DNA of 63,847 bases, counting the filler. It is 8 parts of 8 records of this genome, joined end to end, with 100 filler letters (N's around TTAATTAATTAA, not from the genome) between each part and the next. Parts side by side here need not be neighbours in the genome. Positions count along the whole stretch, not along the records: positions 1 to 6,981 come from SRR31147125_4723; positions 7,082 to 17,834 come from SRR31147125_4737; 6 more parts are not named here. The stretch is one strand, 5' to 3'. Under the pieces are notes generated by a model, which worked only from the letters and a program-made list of their open reading frames with translations, made no database searches and was not told the DNA's origin. Numbering within the stretch: the first letter of the stretch is position 1; the number at the start of each line of letters is the position of its first letter. This document shows, in pieces, positions 1 to 10,571 of this stretch. A program made the position numbers and the translations under genes.

Positions 1-64
1 TTTTTTTCATTTTATAAATTTCAAATGCGCCTATTGCAATAACTAAAAAAATATATAATATCAT
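1..64 (-). CDS. Small membrane protein downstream of gerKC-like gene (partial, runs off window start)
   Basis: ATG at 64 overlaps the upstream stop; reads MILYIFLVIAIGAFEIYKMKK (hydrophobic N-terminus). Confidence 0.5.
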   Translation of the reverse strand, partial: MILYIFLVIAIGAFEIYKMKK

Positions 65-1239
65 TTTTCATCTCTTTCATCGTAGTTTGCTGGTTCGTTA
101 ATATTGTATGTTCTATCTATTGTTGACTCAACTTTTACTGAGATGTTTGTATTCTTAAAAGTTCGCAGCCAAGAATCGTTTGAGTATTTTGTAGTTTCTT
201 TGGGGTATTTGTGATATATTTGGTTACATATTCCCAATACATCTATTTTATTTTTTTGAAGGTAAGCAACTACCTCTGTTATCTCATTTTTTACTATTTC
301 ACTTTGCTGATCAACTAAATTACTAATTTCTGAATTTTTAAAGATATCTTCTTTTCCTTGATATTCAACGATATTTGTTGCAAATTTTATATTTATCTCA
401 ACGTATGGTGCTTCGCCTTTATATTGAACTTTTAAGCTCGGTTTGGTATGCGTTACTTCAACAACCACGATTTTGCCCTTTTTGTCGTAAATTGTCATAT
501 ATCCTGTATTTTCTTTGTTAATCACCCAGTTCATCCCTCGTGCTAAATTGTTTTCTAAATACCCAAATAAAATATCATCATGAAATATTGCATAACCATC
601 CAGCATTACTTGTTTTTTTTCTGAATTTTTCTCATTTTGCACTTTTTTATTTGTTATCGTTATTGCAGGTATATACAGGCTATTTTTACCATAGCTTATC
701 ATTTGCATATATTGTAGTATAGATACTTCATTATTGTAGGCAATATTTTTAATATCTCCAAATAGACTACTCAATGTATCGCTTAAAAAAGATTGTTCAG
801 TATTGGTAACATTTATTAGTTCATTTGCACTCAATCCTTTAGAAACTAATATTTTTATGTTTTGCTTTATTTCATGATCTCTTGCTAGGAAGTCTATATA
901 TTTATTTGTGCCTGATTTTGCTGCATCTTCCCCAATTATTACATAGTCTATATGCCCCCAGAATATATTCCTATCTGTATATGGATGAAATTTTTGTATT
1001 GCTTCAAACATAGAGCTTCCTTTGGATGTATAAATAGATATTTTTTCATTTGTTGCTCCTGCTGGCTGAATTAATGTCACTGCAATTGTTAACATTATTT
1101 GATCGCCTGTTTGGTCAATACCTACTATAGTTACTGTTTCCCGTAAACTAATCTCAGTTTTAGACTTTATCTTGCAGCCGACAAAAGAAAATGTAATAAG
1201 GATTAATATTACAAATATAGAGAAGATTTTTTTAATCAT
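61..1239 (-). CDS. gerKC: Ger(x)C family spore germination lipoprotein
   Basis: Likely start MIKKIFS at 1239; lipobox FVGC; 'IFWGHIDYVIIGEDAAKSG...DFLARDHE' typical of GerAC/KC; adjacent to GerA-type gene. Confidence 0.85.
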   Translation of the reverse strand: MIKKIFSIFVILILITFSFVGCKIKSKTEISLRETVTIVGIDQTGDQIMLTIAVTLIQPAGATNEKISIYTSKGSSMFEAIQKFHPYTDRNIFWGHIDYVIIGEDAAKSGTNKYIDFLARDHEIKQNIKILVSKGLSANELINVTNTEQSFLSDTLSSLFGDIKNIAYNNEVSILQYMQMISYGKNSLYIPAITITNKKVQNEKNSEKKQVMLDGYAIFHDDILFGYLENNLARGMNWVINKENTGYMTIYDKKGKIVVVEVTHTKPSLKVQYKGEAPYVEINIKFATNIVEYQGKEDIFKNSEISNLVDQQSEIVKNEITEVVAYLQKNKIDVLGICNQIYHKYPKETTKYSNDSWLRTFKNTNISVKVESTIDRTYNINEPANYDERDEK

Positions 1240-2728
1240 TATTCTTTTTTCTCCTATTCTTTGGCTGCAGATAAAAAGGCCTGAATTTTGAAAGAATACG
1301 AGGCAATACAATAAAAGAATCAGCTAACTGGAATTTTTTCGTACCTGCATATGGAGAAAGGAATGGTACTCCTAGTATTTCTAGTTTGGCAAGCAAATAT
1401 AACTCTATTAAAAAACCTATTGCTAGACCAAATAACCCTAAAGCTGTGCTTAAAAAGACGTTTGAAAGCATAAAACTCCAAACTGCCTGTTGTGCATCTA
1501 TATTTCCGATAACAAGACTAGAAATTGCTGCCCCCGCTACAACTACAATAACAGCTGGAGAAATAAGTTTTGCTGTTATTGCAGCTTCTCCAAGAACAAG
1601 ACCGCCCACTACTGCTATTGTAGTACTGATAGTTGTTGGAGAATTGGTGCTTGCTTGCAACAGTAAAAAGAATGTTAGAAGCATTATTATCATTTCAATA
1701 TAGATAGGAAAGGGAGTTTCAATTTTTGATACAGAAATTGCATATGCTAATGATCGTGGCAGCATTTCTATATGAAATCTGGTAAGCGCGACGTAAAAGC
1801 CAGGCAATAGTAAAGCTATAAAAAAACCTACGTAAGATAAAATACGAAAAGCTGAAGCTACTTGAAAGTTTGTGCCGTATCCTGGTACTGTCTGGAAAAT
1901 GTCATTTATAACTAGAGGCATAACAAGACCATAAGGTATGCCATCAACTATAATAGCAATCTTCCCAGAAATCAGGCTAGAAGCCACAGAATCTGGCTTT
2001 TCAGTTGTTTGTACTTGAGGAATAATTGTGAACTTATTATCTGTCAAGTATGTGATAACATCCTCAAGAAAAAGTACTCTGTCAATATCGATTGAGTTTA
2101 TTCTTTCTTTTACTTGATCTACAAAATATGGATTACATATGTTCTGCATATATAAAATACTTACCATTGTATGTGTTTGTTTACCCACTGTAGTTTCTTC
2201 TATTGTTAAATCAGGGTTTTTTATTAGATGTCTCATTATCGCAGTGTTGTCACGAATATCTTCTACAAAGGAAATCTTTAATCCTTTTACTGAAGATTCT
2301 TCCATAGATGGTGAAAGAGCTCTTTTCATATAGCCTTTGGTTTCAAAGGCTATGGCTTTGCATTCACTATCGAAAATAAGCACTGAATATCCAGACATCA
2401 TTAGTGAAATTACATCCCCGATTTCTTCTACCGCTTTTGTTGTAGCAAAATATATTGCTCCATCTAATATTTTTATTAATGCATCCTTTTCATTTAATGC
2501 AGTTCTTAATAACTTGTTTTCATTTAGCGGCTGTAATACATATTCGCTTATTTTATCTTGAGATACTAATCCATCGATAAACATTAAACTAGAAGGTATA
2601 GTTTTTTTGCCACCAACATATAATTGTCGTATTACAATATCACTGCTGCTTCCTAATATATCGTGGACTTTGGCAGAAGTTATTTGTGTATTGTTTGAAT
2701 ATGTATTACTCATATTATTGTTCTTCAT
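1232..2728 (-). CDS. gerKA: Ger(x)A family spore germination protein
   Basis: 'FIDGLV', 'TEKPD...L.SGKIAIIVDG.P', C-terminal membrane domain ending 'LGVPFLSPY'. Confidence 0.9.
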   Translation of the reverse strand: MKNNNMSNTYSNNTQITSAKVHDILGSSSDIVIRQLYVGGKKTIPSSLMFIDGLVSQDKISEYVLQPLNENKLLRTALNEKDALIKILDGAIYFATTKAVEEIGDVISLMMSGYSVLIFDSECKAIAFETKGYMKRALSPSMEESSVKGLKISFVEDIRDNTAIMRHLIKNPDLTIEETTVGKQTHTMVSILYMQNICNPYFVDQVKERINSIDIDRVLFLEDVITYLTDNKFTIIPQVQTTEKPDSVASSLISGKIAIIVDGIPYGLVMPLVINDIFQTVPGYGTNFQVASAFRILSYVGFFIALLLPGFYVALTRFHIEMLPRSLAYAISVSKIETPFPIYIEMIIMLLTFFLLLQASTNSPTTISTTIAVVGGLVLGEAAITAKLISPAVIVVVAGAAISSLVIGNIDAQQAVWSFMLSNVFLSTALGLFGLAIGFLIELYLLAKLEILGVPFLSPYAGTKKFQLADSFIVLPRILSKFRPFYLQPKNRRKKNND

Positions 2729-2919
2729 TTATAATTGTACCTTTATACATTATTTCTTTGTTTCATTCTATTATTATGCGAATTTGTTCTTTTGATTATT
2801 CTAATAACGGAAACTTATGATGGAAGACGAAAAATGATAGAATAGAACTGGTAAAAATGATTTGAAATTAGTTAGTTTTAGTATATAATCATTTATTAAA
2901 TAAACATAGGAGTTAAGCT

Positions 2920-3813
2920 ATGATAAAGAGATTGAATTTTAAGAAGATTGATGCTTTTACTGATGGAAGTTCCTCAGGTAATCCAGCTGGTTGTGTGGTT
3001 TTGGAAGCAGGTTTGAATGATGAAGAAATGCTGAAAATTGCATATGAATTAAAAGGATTTGTAAGTGAAGTGGGATACATTAGAGAAATAGGCAATGAAT
3101 ATCAATTAAAATACTATTCATCTGAAAGAGAAGTAGAATTTTGCGGACATGCTACTATTGCCATTATGTATGATTTAATAAGCAATAATGATAGCCTAAT
3201 GAAAAAGGAAGAAGTATTTATAAATGTAAATGCTGGTAAACTTTCTGTATTTAATAAGATTAAAGATGAAAACGCAGTTTATATTATGGCTCCAAGTCCT
3301 GAGTATTTAGAATGTAGAATAGCAAAAGGTTTGATAGCAAAAGCTTTAAAAATAGATGATACTCAAATTAGAGACGATTTATCTATAGATATAATAAATG
3401 GAGGGCTAAAGACATTGTTAGTTCCCATAAGAACATTAGAATGCTGCGTTAATATTTCGCCTGACATAGAACCGCTTAAAAAATTCTGTGAAGATAATGA
3501 TATTGACATTATACATATATTTACAAAAGAGACATATAACAATGATTCAGACTTTAGAATACGAGTATTCGCACCTACGTTTGGATATTTGGAAGATCCT
3601 GCAACGGGCTCAGGCAATGCGGCATTTGGATATTACCTAATTAAAAATAATATGTGGTATAAGGACATTATGATTGAACAAAGTGGTAATTTGAAGAATC
3701 CTAATTATATTAAACTGAAAAAATTTAACAATAATGGTCATGTGCATATTTTGTTCGGGGGAAGTGGGATGACTAGAATGGAAGGTAAGTATTATTTGAG
3801 CTCTGTTGAGTGA
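2920..3813 (+). CDS. PhzF family (diaminopimelate epimerase-like) protein
   Basis: 'IDAFT...GNPAG', 'EVEFCGHAT', 'EDPATGSG' motifs. Confidence 0.9.
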   Translation: MIKRLNFKKIDAFTDGSSSGNPAGCVVLEAGLNDEEMLKIAYELKGFVSEVGYIREIGNEYQLKYYSSEREVEFCGHATIAIMYDLISNNDSLMKKEEVFINVNAGKLSVFNKIKDENAVYIMAPSPEYLECRIAKGLIAKALKIDDTQIRDDLSIDIINGGLKTLLVPIRTLECCVNISPDIEPLKKFCEDNDIDIIHIFTKETYNNDSDFRIRVFAPTFGYLEDPATGSGNAAFGYYLIKNNMWYKDIMIEQSGNLKNPNYIKLKKFNNNGHVHILFGGSGMTRMEGKYYLSSVE

Positions 3814-3882
3814 TATTAACTAATTAGAATTGTATGATAGAAGCTAGCAAATATGTTGGCTTCTATTTTTTAATTAAATTTC

Positions 3883-3936
3883 TTGACATATACAGAGCAA
3901 CTGTATATAATATAACTATACAGTCAGACTATATAG
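3883..3936 (+). promoter_or_regulatory. Sigma-A promoter with two tandem inverted-repeat operators (likely PadR autoregulation)
   Basis: TTGACA(3883)-17 bp-TATAAT(3906); palindromes ATATACAG-N5-CTGTATAT (3888-3908) and CTATACAG-N5-CTATATAG (3916-3936). Confidence 0.7.
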
Positions 3937-3965
3937 ATTAAATGAATAAAAGGATGGAGGAATAA

Positions 3966-4277
3966 ATGAACTTAGAAAAATATTTACCTCTTACTGAAAC
4001 TACATTCTATATTATGCTTGCCTTAACGGAACACGGGCATGGATATGTAGTGATGCAGAAGGTTGAAGAACTAAGCTTAGGCAAAGTAAGAGTAGCCGCA
4101 GGGACAATGTATGGTGCTTTAGAAAATTTGCTAAAGCGAAAATTAATTGAGCAAGTAAAGACAGAGGAAAAAAGACGTAAGGTTTACCTCATATCTGAAC
4201 TTGGTAGATCAGTTTTAAAAATGGAAGTAAATAGGCTTAGACATTTAGTAGATGTTGCTGAAATAAAGAAATTATAA
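3966..4277 (+). CDS. PadR family transcriptional regulator
   Basis: 'LTETTFYIMLAL..HGY.VMQ', 'GTMYGALENL', 'RRKVY.I.E.GR'; GGAGG RBS. Confidence 0.9.
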   Translation: MNLEKYLPLTETTFYIMLALTEHGHGYVVMQKVEELSLGKVRVAAGTMYGALENLLKRKLIEQVKTEEKRRKVYLISELGRSVLKMEVNRLRHLVDVAEIKKL

Positions 4278-4289
4278 GGAGAGGTAAAA

Positions 4290-4892
4290 ATGAAAGAGCG
4301 TAAAGTGTATGTAGATTTCGATGAAGAGGCTAATTATTTAAATAATAAGGCAAAACAAGGATATGCATTAAAAAAGTATTCAATATTTGGGGTATACCAT
4401 TTTGAAAAGAGAGAACCACAGAATTTGAACTACAAAATTGATTATAGGATATTTAAGAACGATAAGGATTTCAATAATTATGTAGCTTTATTTGAGGATG
4501 CAGGTTGGAGACATGTTTCTGGTACATGGTATTCTGCTAATCAGTATTTTCTTTCGGTAAGAGATGATGCATCAAATGATATATTTTCTGATAAAGAATC
4601 TAGAGCATTAAGGTACAAAACACAGACTGGAGCATGTATTGTTAATTTTGTATTAATGTTGTTATATTTATTTATAGTATTGTTACCACATAATTTTAAT
4701 GTTATGAATTTAGCATTTCTAACTCCTGGATTATGGGAGCTAGAAGGATTAGAATTTTGGAAAGCGTTTTTATTTGAATTACCTTTTGTAGTTTTTAGAT
4801 TTATACCGCTATTTTTACTTGCTGCTTTGGCCTTTATATATGGAAAATTGGCTATTAAGTCAAGGAAGGCTTTTAAAAAGTATATGAGCTAA
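4290..4892 (+). CDS. DUF2812 domain membrane protein
   Basis: 'EEANYLN.KAKQGY', 'YKIDY...Y..LFEDAGW.HV'; typical PadR partner. Confidence 0.8.
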   Translation: MKERKVYVDFDEEANYLNNKAKQGYALKKYSIFGVYHFEKREPQNLNYKIDYRIFKNDKDFNNYVALFEDAGWRHVSGTWYSANQYFLSVRDDASNDIFSDKESRALRYKTQTGACIVNFVLMLLYLFIVLLPHNFNVMNLAFLTPGLWELEGLEFWKAFLFELPFVVFRFIPLFLLAALAFIYGKLAIKSRKAFKKYMS

Positions 4893-5048
4893 ATTATTAA
4901 TAGATGTTATAATACACTCTGAGGTTAATGATACTTAGAGTGTATTTATTTGATAAATCTTTATTTATCTAGAAAATTGAATAACAAATGAAAATATGTA
5001 TTATATTAATAAAATAGACATATTAAACAACATTTTAAGGAAGTTATT

Positions 5049-6981
5049 ATGGATGGTTTCAATCAAGTTAATCAGTTAAGTTTTCATGATTTAATGAAGT
5101 TTCGTGTTAGAGAGATTTTGATAGTTGCTACTGAATATGATGGATTTGTGCTTGAAGAAGATGGTAGATTAGCAGAACGAATCTATAATGAATACTATGA
5201 TTTAAGCATTTACTACGTTCCTAGGATAAAAAGAGTAATGTGTGCAGAAGATGCCTTTGCAGCACTTAATGTACGTACATATGATTTGATTATTACTATG
5301 TCTCGCATTGGCGAAATGGACGTATTTGATTTTAGCCATGAAGTAAAAAACAACTATCCTAATCTACCTATTGTTATGCTGTCATATGAAAGACTTTCAC
5401 CTGAAATGATTAAACAGGTAAGGGAAGATGATAGCATAGATAGGGTATTTCACTGGTCAGGCGAAAGTAAGATATTACTTGCAATTATTAAATATGTGGA
5501 AGACAAAAAGAATCTTGATAATGACTGTGCACAGGGAATACAAGTAATATTGGTTGTTGAAGATTCTCCAGTTTATTTTTCTCAATTTCTATCTATTATT
5601 TATACAGAAATAATGAAGCAGACCAGATATTTGGTTGTACATGCAGAGAATACTGCAAACAAGCTTTTTCGTGTCCGTGCCAGACCTAAAATAATATTAG
5701 CAGAAACATATGAAGAGGCTGTAGAAGCAGTTAATCTTCTTAAAGATAATTTGTTAGGCGTTATTACAGATGCTAGGTTCCCTAAAGAGGGGCAAATGAA
5801 TGCTGAAGCAGGATTTGAACTTGTTAGCTTTATAAAAGATAAAAATAAATATATTCCTTTATTAATACAATCAGAAGAGAATCAAAATAAAAAGAAAGCA
5901 GAAGAGATAAAAATAAATTATTTAGATAAGAATTCTCATAACTTACTTTATGATATTAGAAAATCTGTTTTAGATGAATATGGCTTTGGAGAATTTGTTT
6001 TTCGTTATGCAAATGGGCAAGTGCTGGGAAAAGCCTTAGACATTGAGGAGTTTATTTATCAAATAAAACGAATTCCATCTGCATGTTTATATTATCATGG
6101 GCTTCATAATCATTTTTCAACATGGTTTAGAGCAAGAACAGCATTCGAAATCGCTAATGAATTGCGCTCGATTGATATAAATAATTATACTGATTTGGAA
6201 GAGCTAAGAAAAACAATGCTGCAGAAAATAATATCATATATTAGAAATTATCGAACAGGTAAAATTTTAGATTTCAATTCAATAACATCAGGAATAGAAA
6301 ATGCTTTTCTTAAAATAGGCAGTGGATCATTAGGAGGCAAAGCAAGAGGTATAGCGTTCTTGAATCATTTAGTTAATCAGAACAATTTGAAAGATAAATA
6401 TAATGGTATTAATGTTGTAACTCCATCGACTTTTGTTATTTGTTCCGATGTTTTCGAGGACTTTGTAGAGAATAATAATCTCTATGACTTTGCCATAAAT
6501 ACACATGATGAAGAGGCTATTGCAAAGAAGTTTCTGCAAGCTGAATTGCCAGATAAAATTAAAAAGGATTTAAGAAAGTTAATTAAGATGATTGACAAGC
6601 CTTTAGCAGTAAGGTCGTCAAGTATATTGGAAGATTCACAGACTTTACCTTTTGCAGGTATATATAACACTTATATTATACCAAACAATGATGAAGATTT
6701 TGAAGAGCGGTTTAGACAATTATACGATAGCGTACGTTTGGTATACAGCTCTGTATTTTATAATTCTCCTAAGCAATATGCTAAAAATGCTGATTTGCGA
6801 ATAGAAGAAGAAAAGATGGCCATAATTGTACAAGAGTTGGTTGGAAGAGAGCACGGAAGATATTTTTATCCACTGATATCGGGAGTTGCCCAATCATACA
6901 ATTTTTATCCTTATGCTAATATGAGACCTACAGATGGTACTGTAAGCCTTGCATTAGGTTTTGGCAGAGTGATAGCAGAGG
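5049..6981 (+). CDS. Receiver-domain / PEP-pyruvate-binding (PPDK_N-like) fusion protein, 3' truncated
   Basis: N-terminal REC-like domains ('VILVVEDS'), then 'IGSGSLGGKARG', 'PLAVRSSS.LEDS...PFAGIY.T', 'EEKMAIIVQE'. Confidence 0.85.
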
Positions 6982-7081
6982 NNNNNNNNNNNNNNNNNNN
7001 NNNNNNNNNNNNNNNNNNNNNNNNNTTAATTAATTAANNNNNNNNNNNNNNNNNNNNNNNNNNNNNNNNNNNNNNNNNNNN
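6982..7081. other. Artificial contig-join spacer; others at 17835-17934, 27271-27370, 36827-36926, 42332-42431, 51125-51224, 58673-58772
   Basis: N44-TTAATTAATTAA-N44 with stops in all frames; genes are truncated and composition changes at each. Confidence 0.98.
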
Positions 7082-7978
7082 TTAAGAGATATTGATGCCT
7101 TTGTGATTGAATCAGGTCAATCAGTAGGTGGTCAATTAAATTTATATTTAGAAAAAAAGATTTATGATATACCAGGTTATGTAGACATCCAAACCAAAGT
7201 ATTATTGGATCAATTATATAAGCAGTATTTAACATATGAAGCACAAATTCCGATTTATCTTAATGAGAGTCTCATTAAAATTAATCAAAAAGAAGATTAT
7301 TTTGAGATTGTAACAGATCAAAAAATACATCAAGCAAGAAAGGTGTTATTCACACATGGTGGCGGACAATTCAAACCTAGAAAATTAGAAGGCATTGAAG
7401 CACAAAACATTCATTATCATGTAGATCAAATAGCACGTTTTAAACAAAAAAATGTTGTTGTTTTCGGTGGTGGTGACGCTGCAGTTGACTGGGCAAATTT
7501 AGTGATTGATGTTGCTAAAAATGTCTATTTAATTCATAGAAGAGATCAGTTCAGAGCACATAAATCATCGATTGATATGTTTTTAAGAAAAGGTGGATAT
7601 GTTCATACTCCATATACATTATCAAATCATGAGATGTTAGATAAAATGGTCACTCAAATTGATCTTGTGCATAAAGATATAAAAGCACATATTCAAATAG
7701 ACGTTGATGAAATCATCGTAAGTTTTGGTCTTGTTCAGACGAAAACAAGCTATGAAGATTGGCTAGTTGAAACGAAAGATAATCTTATTAAAGTAGAACC
7801 TGATATGTCAACAAATATTAAAGGCATATTTGCATGTGGTAATGGTGTCACATATGAAGGTAAACAAAAAATGTTAACTTCTGGGTTTGGTGAAGTCGTT
7901 ACGGCAATGGGTGCCATTAATTTTGAATTACATCCTGAACAAAAAGTTATTAAATATTCATCGCTGATGAAAAAGTAG
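7082..7978 (+). CDS. Thioredoxin reductase-like / YumC-type ferredoxin-NADP reductase, 5' truncated
   Basis: 'GGQL..LYLEK.IYDIPGY', 'VVFGGGDAAVDWA', 'HRRDQFRAH', 'TNIKGIFACG'. Confidence 0.85.
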   Translation, partial: LRDIDAFVIESGQSVGGQLNLYLEKKIYDIPGYVDIQTKVLLDQLYKQYLTYEAQIPIYLNESLIKINQKEDYFEIVTDQKIHQARKVLFTHGGGQFKPRKLEGIEAQNIHYHVDQIARFKQKNVVVFGGGDAAVDWANLVIDVAKNVYLIHRRDQFRAHKSSIDMFLRKGGYVHTPYTLSNHEMLDKMVTQIDLVHKDIKAHIQIDVDEIIVSFGLVQTKTSYEDWLVETKDNLIKVEPDMSTNIKGIFACGNGVTYEGKQKMLTSGFGEVVTAMGAINFELHPEQKVIKYSSLMKK

Positions 7979-7988
7979 GAGGTATAGA

Positions 7989-8555
7989 TTGATATATAAC
8001 GTTATCATAGATTTTTTTACAGGTGTTTCATTTTGGGAATTGTTGCTTATATTTTTAGCGAAAATTGTAGAAGTTTCCATTGGAACTATTAGAGTTATTT
8101 TAATTACTAAAGGATATAGAAAACCAGGTACAGCCTTGGCGGTTGTTGAAATATTATTATGGGTATTCGTTGCAAGTGTTGTGATAAGCGGGGTTGCAGA
8201 AGATCCGATCAAAGGCGTGATATATAGTCTAGGGTTTGCCGCAGGTGTATATGTTGGTTCAATGATAGAAGCAAGAATTGCAGTTGGTAAAATTGAAATC
8301 CATGTGATATCATCAAAAGTTAGTGGTCAAAAAATTGCAAAAGCTCTTCGACAAAATAGTTATGGTGTTACACAACTCGCAGCAAAAGGTAGAGATCAAG
8401 AGCGTGCGTTGCTCTTAATCTATGCGAATCGAAAGAATAACGAGAAAATTTTAAAAATAATAAGACAAGAAGATGAAAAAGCATTAATTGTTGCACAAGA
8501 AGTATCGATGATACAAAATGGCTTTATTATGCCATGGAAACGTATTGGTAAATAA
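7989..8555 (+). CDS. UPF0316/YebE-like (DUF2179/DUF5698) membrane protein
   Basis: 'IFLAKIVEVSIGTIRVILI.KG', 'YSLGFAAGVYVG', 'LRQNSYGVT'. Confidence 0.8.
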   Translation: MIYNVIIDFFTGVSFWELLLIFLAKIVEVSIGTIRVILITKGYRKPGTALAVVEILLWVFVASVVISGVAEDPIKGVIYSLGFAAGVYVGSMIEARIAVGKIEIHVISSKVSGQKIAKALRQNSYGVTQLAAKGRDQERALLLIYANRKNNEKILKIIRQEDEKALIVAQEVSMIQNGFIMPWKRIGK

Positions 8556-8567
8556 AAAAACATGATT

Positions 8568-8599
8568 AAATAATGAGCCATAAATGGCTCATTATTTTT
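8568..8599 (+). terminator. Rho-independent terminator
   Basis: AAATAATGAGCCA-TAAA-TGGCTCATTATTTTT. Confidence 0.75.
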
Positions 8600-8632
8600 A
8601 TGTCTATGATATAATATAAATAGTAAAATAGT

Positions 8633-8707
8633 GGAGTTATAGCTCAGCGGGAGAGCACTTGCTTGACGTGCAAGGGGTCGACAGTTCGATCCTGTCTAAC
8701 TCCACCA
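8633..8707 (+). tRNA. tRNA-Val(GAC)
   Basis: GGAGTTA/TAACTCC acceptor stem + ACCA, D-arm AGCTCAGCGGGAGAGC, anticodon arm CTTGC-TTGACGT-GCAAG, T-loop GTTCGATC. Confidence 0.95.
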
Positions 8708-8736
8708 TTTTTATATACATAGATGAGGTTAACATA

Positions 8737-10116
8737 ATGATGAATGAACGAGAAAAAATGCTAGGACAAATGGATGTTAAAAAGCTATTGATAAAACTTG
8801 CAATTCCAGCAATGAGTGGGATGTTTATTAATGCTTTATATAATATAGTTGATACTTATTTTGTATCAAAAGGTGCTGGAGAAGATGCCATTGGTGGTCT
8901 GACTTTCGCTTTTCCTGTACAAATGATATTAATGGCTATTGGATTAATGATAGGTATTGGTAGTGCTTCGGTTTACTCAAGAGCATTTGGTAAAAAAGAT
9001 TATAAAACAATGGATGACATGGTCAATTCAGCATTAAAAGTTAATGTTGTTATTACTGTTTTATTTGCGTTTGTAGCATATCTATTTGTTGATCAATTAC
9101 TAGAGTTCTTTGGTGCGACCGTTGATAATTTTCAATATGGTAAAGATTATCTATCGATTATACTTATAGGTTTAATTCCAATGACTTTATCAATGGTATT
9201 AAACAATCTAGTTCGTGCCGAAGGAAAACCAATGATATCGATGTATACGCTTATGATTGGTGCAGGTCTTAATATTATACTAGATGCTATCTTTATATTT
9301 GTATTCCATATGGGTGTAAGTGGTGCAGCAATAGCAACTGTGATTGCACAAACATCAGCAGCGTCATTTATCTTTATATATGCATATAGTAAACATTCGC
9401 AACTTTCAGTACATTTCAATCATTTCTTTCATATTAATTTAAAATTAACATGGGAAGCATTAACTGTAGGATTTCCTACATTTTTAAGAAATGCAACAGG
9501 TGCCATTATTTCAATCATTATACTAAAACTCATCTCGAAATATGGCGCGTCCGTTGATCAAATCACAACATATCAATCAATTTATGGTGTGATTAATCGT
9601 GTGATCACTTTCGTATTCTTACCAGCATTTGGTATTGTACAAGGTTTGGTTCCCATCGTTAGTTATAATTTTGGTGCTAAAAAATTCGATCGATTAACGA
9701 TTGCTATCAAACATGCAATAAAAATTATATTTATCTACTTTATATTAGGTTATGTATTTATATATGTTGGATCTCCATATATCTTTAGAGCATTTAGTGA
9801 TGCCAATAGTCAGCAATTTATAGATTTAGGAACAGATGCATTTAGAGTACTTGCTATTGGTTTTGTTGTTGTTGGTTTTCAAATAGTTGCATCTTCGATA
9901 TTCCAATCATTTGGATATCCTGTCAAAGCAACTATTGTCACACTGTCTAGACAAGTTATTTTCTTTATTCCACTTGTTTATATATGTACAAGTTTATTTG
10001 GCATTACAGGTATTTGGATTGCTTTTGCAGCAGCAGATATACTCGCAGGCTTATTAAGTATTATATTTATTAGAATTGAATTGGCAGCTATTCACAAATT
10101 AGAACTTTCAGTATAA
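8737..10116 (+). CDS. MATE family efflux transporter (MepA-like)
   Basis: 'LAIPAM.GM.INALYNIVDT.FV', about 12 TM segments; start reset to ATG after GAGGT RBS, downstream of the tRNA. Confidence 0.9.
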   Translation: MMNEREKMLGQMDVKKLLIKLAIPAMSGMFINALYNIVDTYFVSKGAGEDAIGGLTFAFPVQMILMAIGLMIGIGSASVYSRAFGKKDYKTMDDMVNSALKVNVVITVLFAFVAYLFVDQLLEFFGATVDNFQYGKDYLSIILIGLIPMTLSMVLNNLVRAEGKPMISMYTLMIGAGLNIILDAIFIFVFHMGVSGAAIATVIAQTSAASFIFIYAYSKHSQLSVHFNHFFHINLKLTWEALTVGFPTFLRNATGAIISIIILKLISKYGASVDQITTYQSIYGVINRVITFVFLPAFGIVQGLVPIVSYNFGAKKFDRLTIAIKHAIKIIFIYFILGYVFIYVGSPYIFRAFSDANSQQFIDLGTDAFRVLAIGFVVVGFQIVASSIFQSFGYPVKATIVTLSRQVIFFIPLVYICTSLFGITGIWIAFAAADILAGLLSIIFIRIELAAIHKLELSV

Positions 10117-10145
10117 AAAAAGGATAATCCATTCATTAAATTGGA

Positions 10146-10457
10146 TTATCCTTTTTCATAATATTTTTGAGACCAATGCTCAATGGCATCCATCACAGGT
10201 TTTAAGTCAAAGCCTTTTTGTGTTAATTGATACTCAATACGTACTGGTGTTTCTGGATATACCTGTCTAACAATTAATTGATTTTGTTCTAAAAATCTTA
10301 ATTTATCAGAAAGCACCTTGCTTGAAATTGATATCTCATGTTCAAGATCTTTAAATCGCTTTGGACCTTCTAATAATTGATGAATAATAAGCCCAACCCA
10401 TTTTTGACTAATTAGTTTAGACGCAGATTCAAATTTCACACATACTCTATTTTCCAT
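10146..10457 (-). CDS. HxlR/DUF24 (YodB-like) redox-sensing winged-helix regulator
   Basis: N-terminal Cys, 'KW..LII.QLLEGPKRF', 'YPETPVRIEY.LT.KG'; AGGAG RBS. Confidence 0.9.
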   Translation of the reverse strand: MENRVCVKFESASKLISQKWVGLIIHQLLEGPKRFKDLEHEISISSKVLSDKLRFLEQNQLIVRQVYPETPVRIEYQLTQKGFDLKPVMDAIEHWSQKYYEKG

Positions 10458-10534
10458 ATTGAACAACTCCTATATATATATTATAAACGAAATTTAAATA
10501 AAGCAAAACATTTTACTAACTAAATTACTTATTG

Positions 10535-10557
10535 TATAATACTTACATAAAGTAAGT
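10535..10557 (+). promoter_or_regulatory. -10 box with adjacent palindromic operator, probably bound by the divergent HxlR regulator
   Basis: TATAAT 10535-10540 followed by ACTTAC-ATAAA-GTAAGT. Confidence 0.5.
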
Positions 10558-10571
10558 TAAAGGAGCATACA

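Noticed and set aside
8659-8736. MATE ORF overlapping tRNA-Val
   Set aside because: ORF-caller extension; the real start is the ATG at 8737 after a GAGGT RBS.
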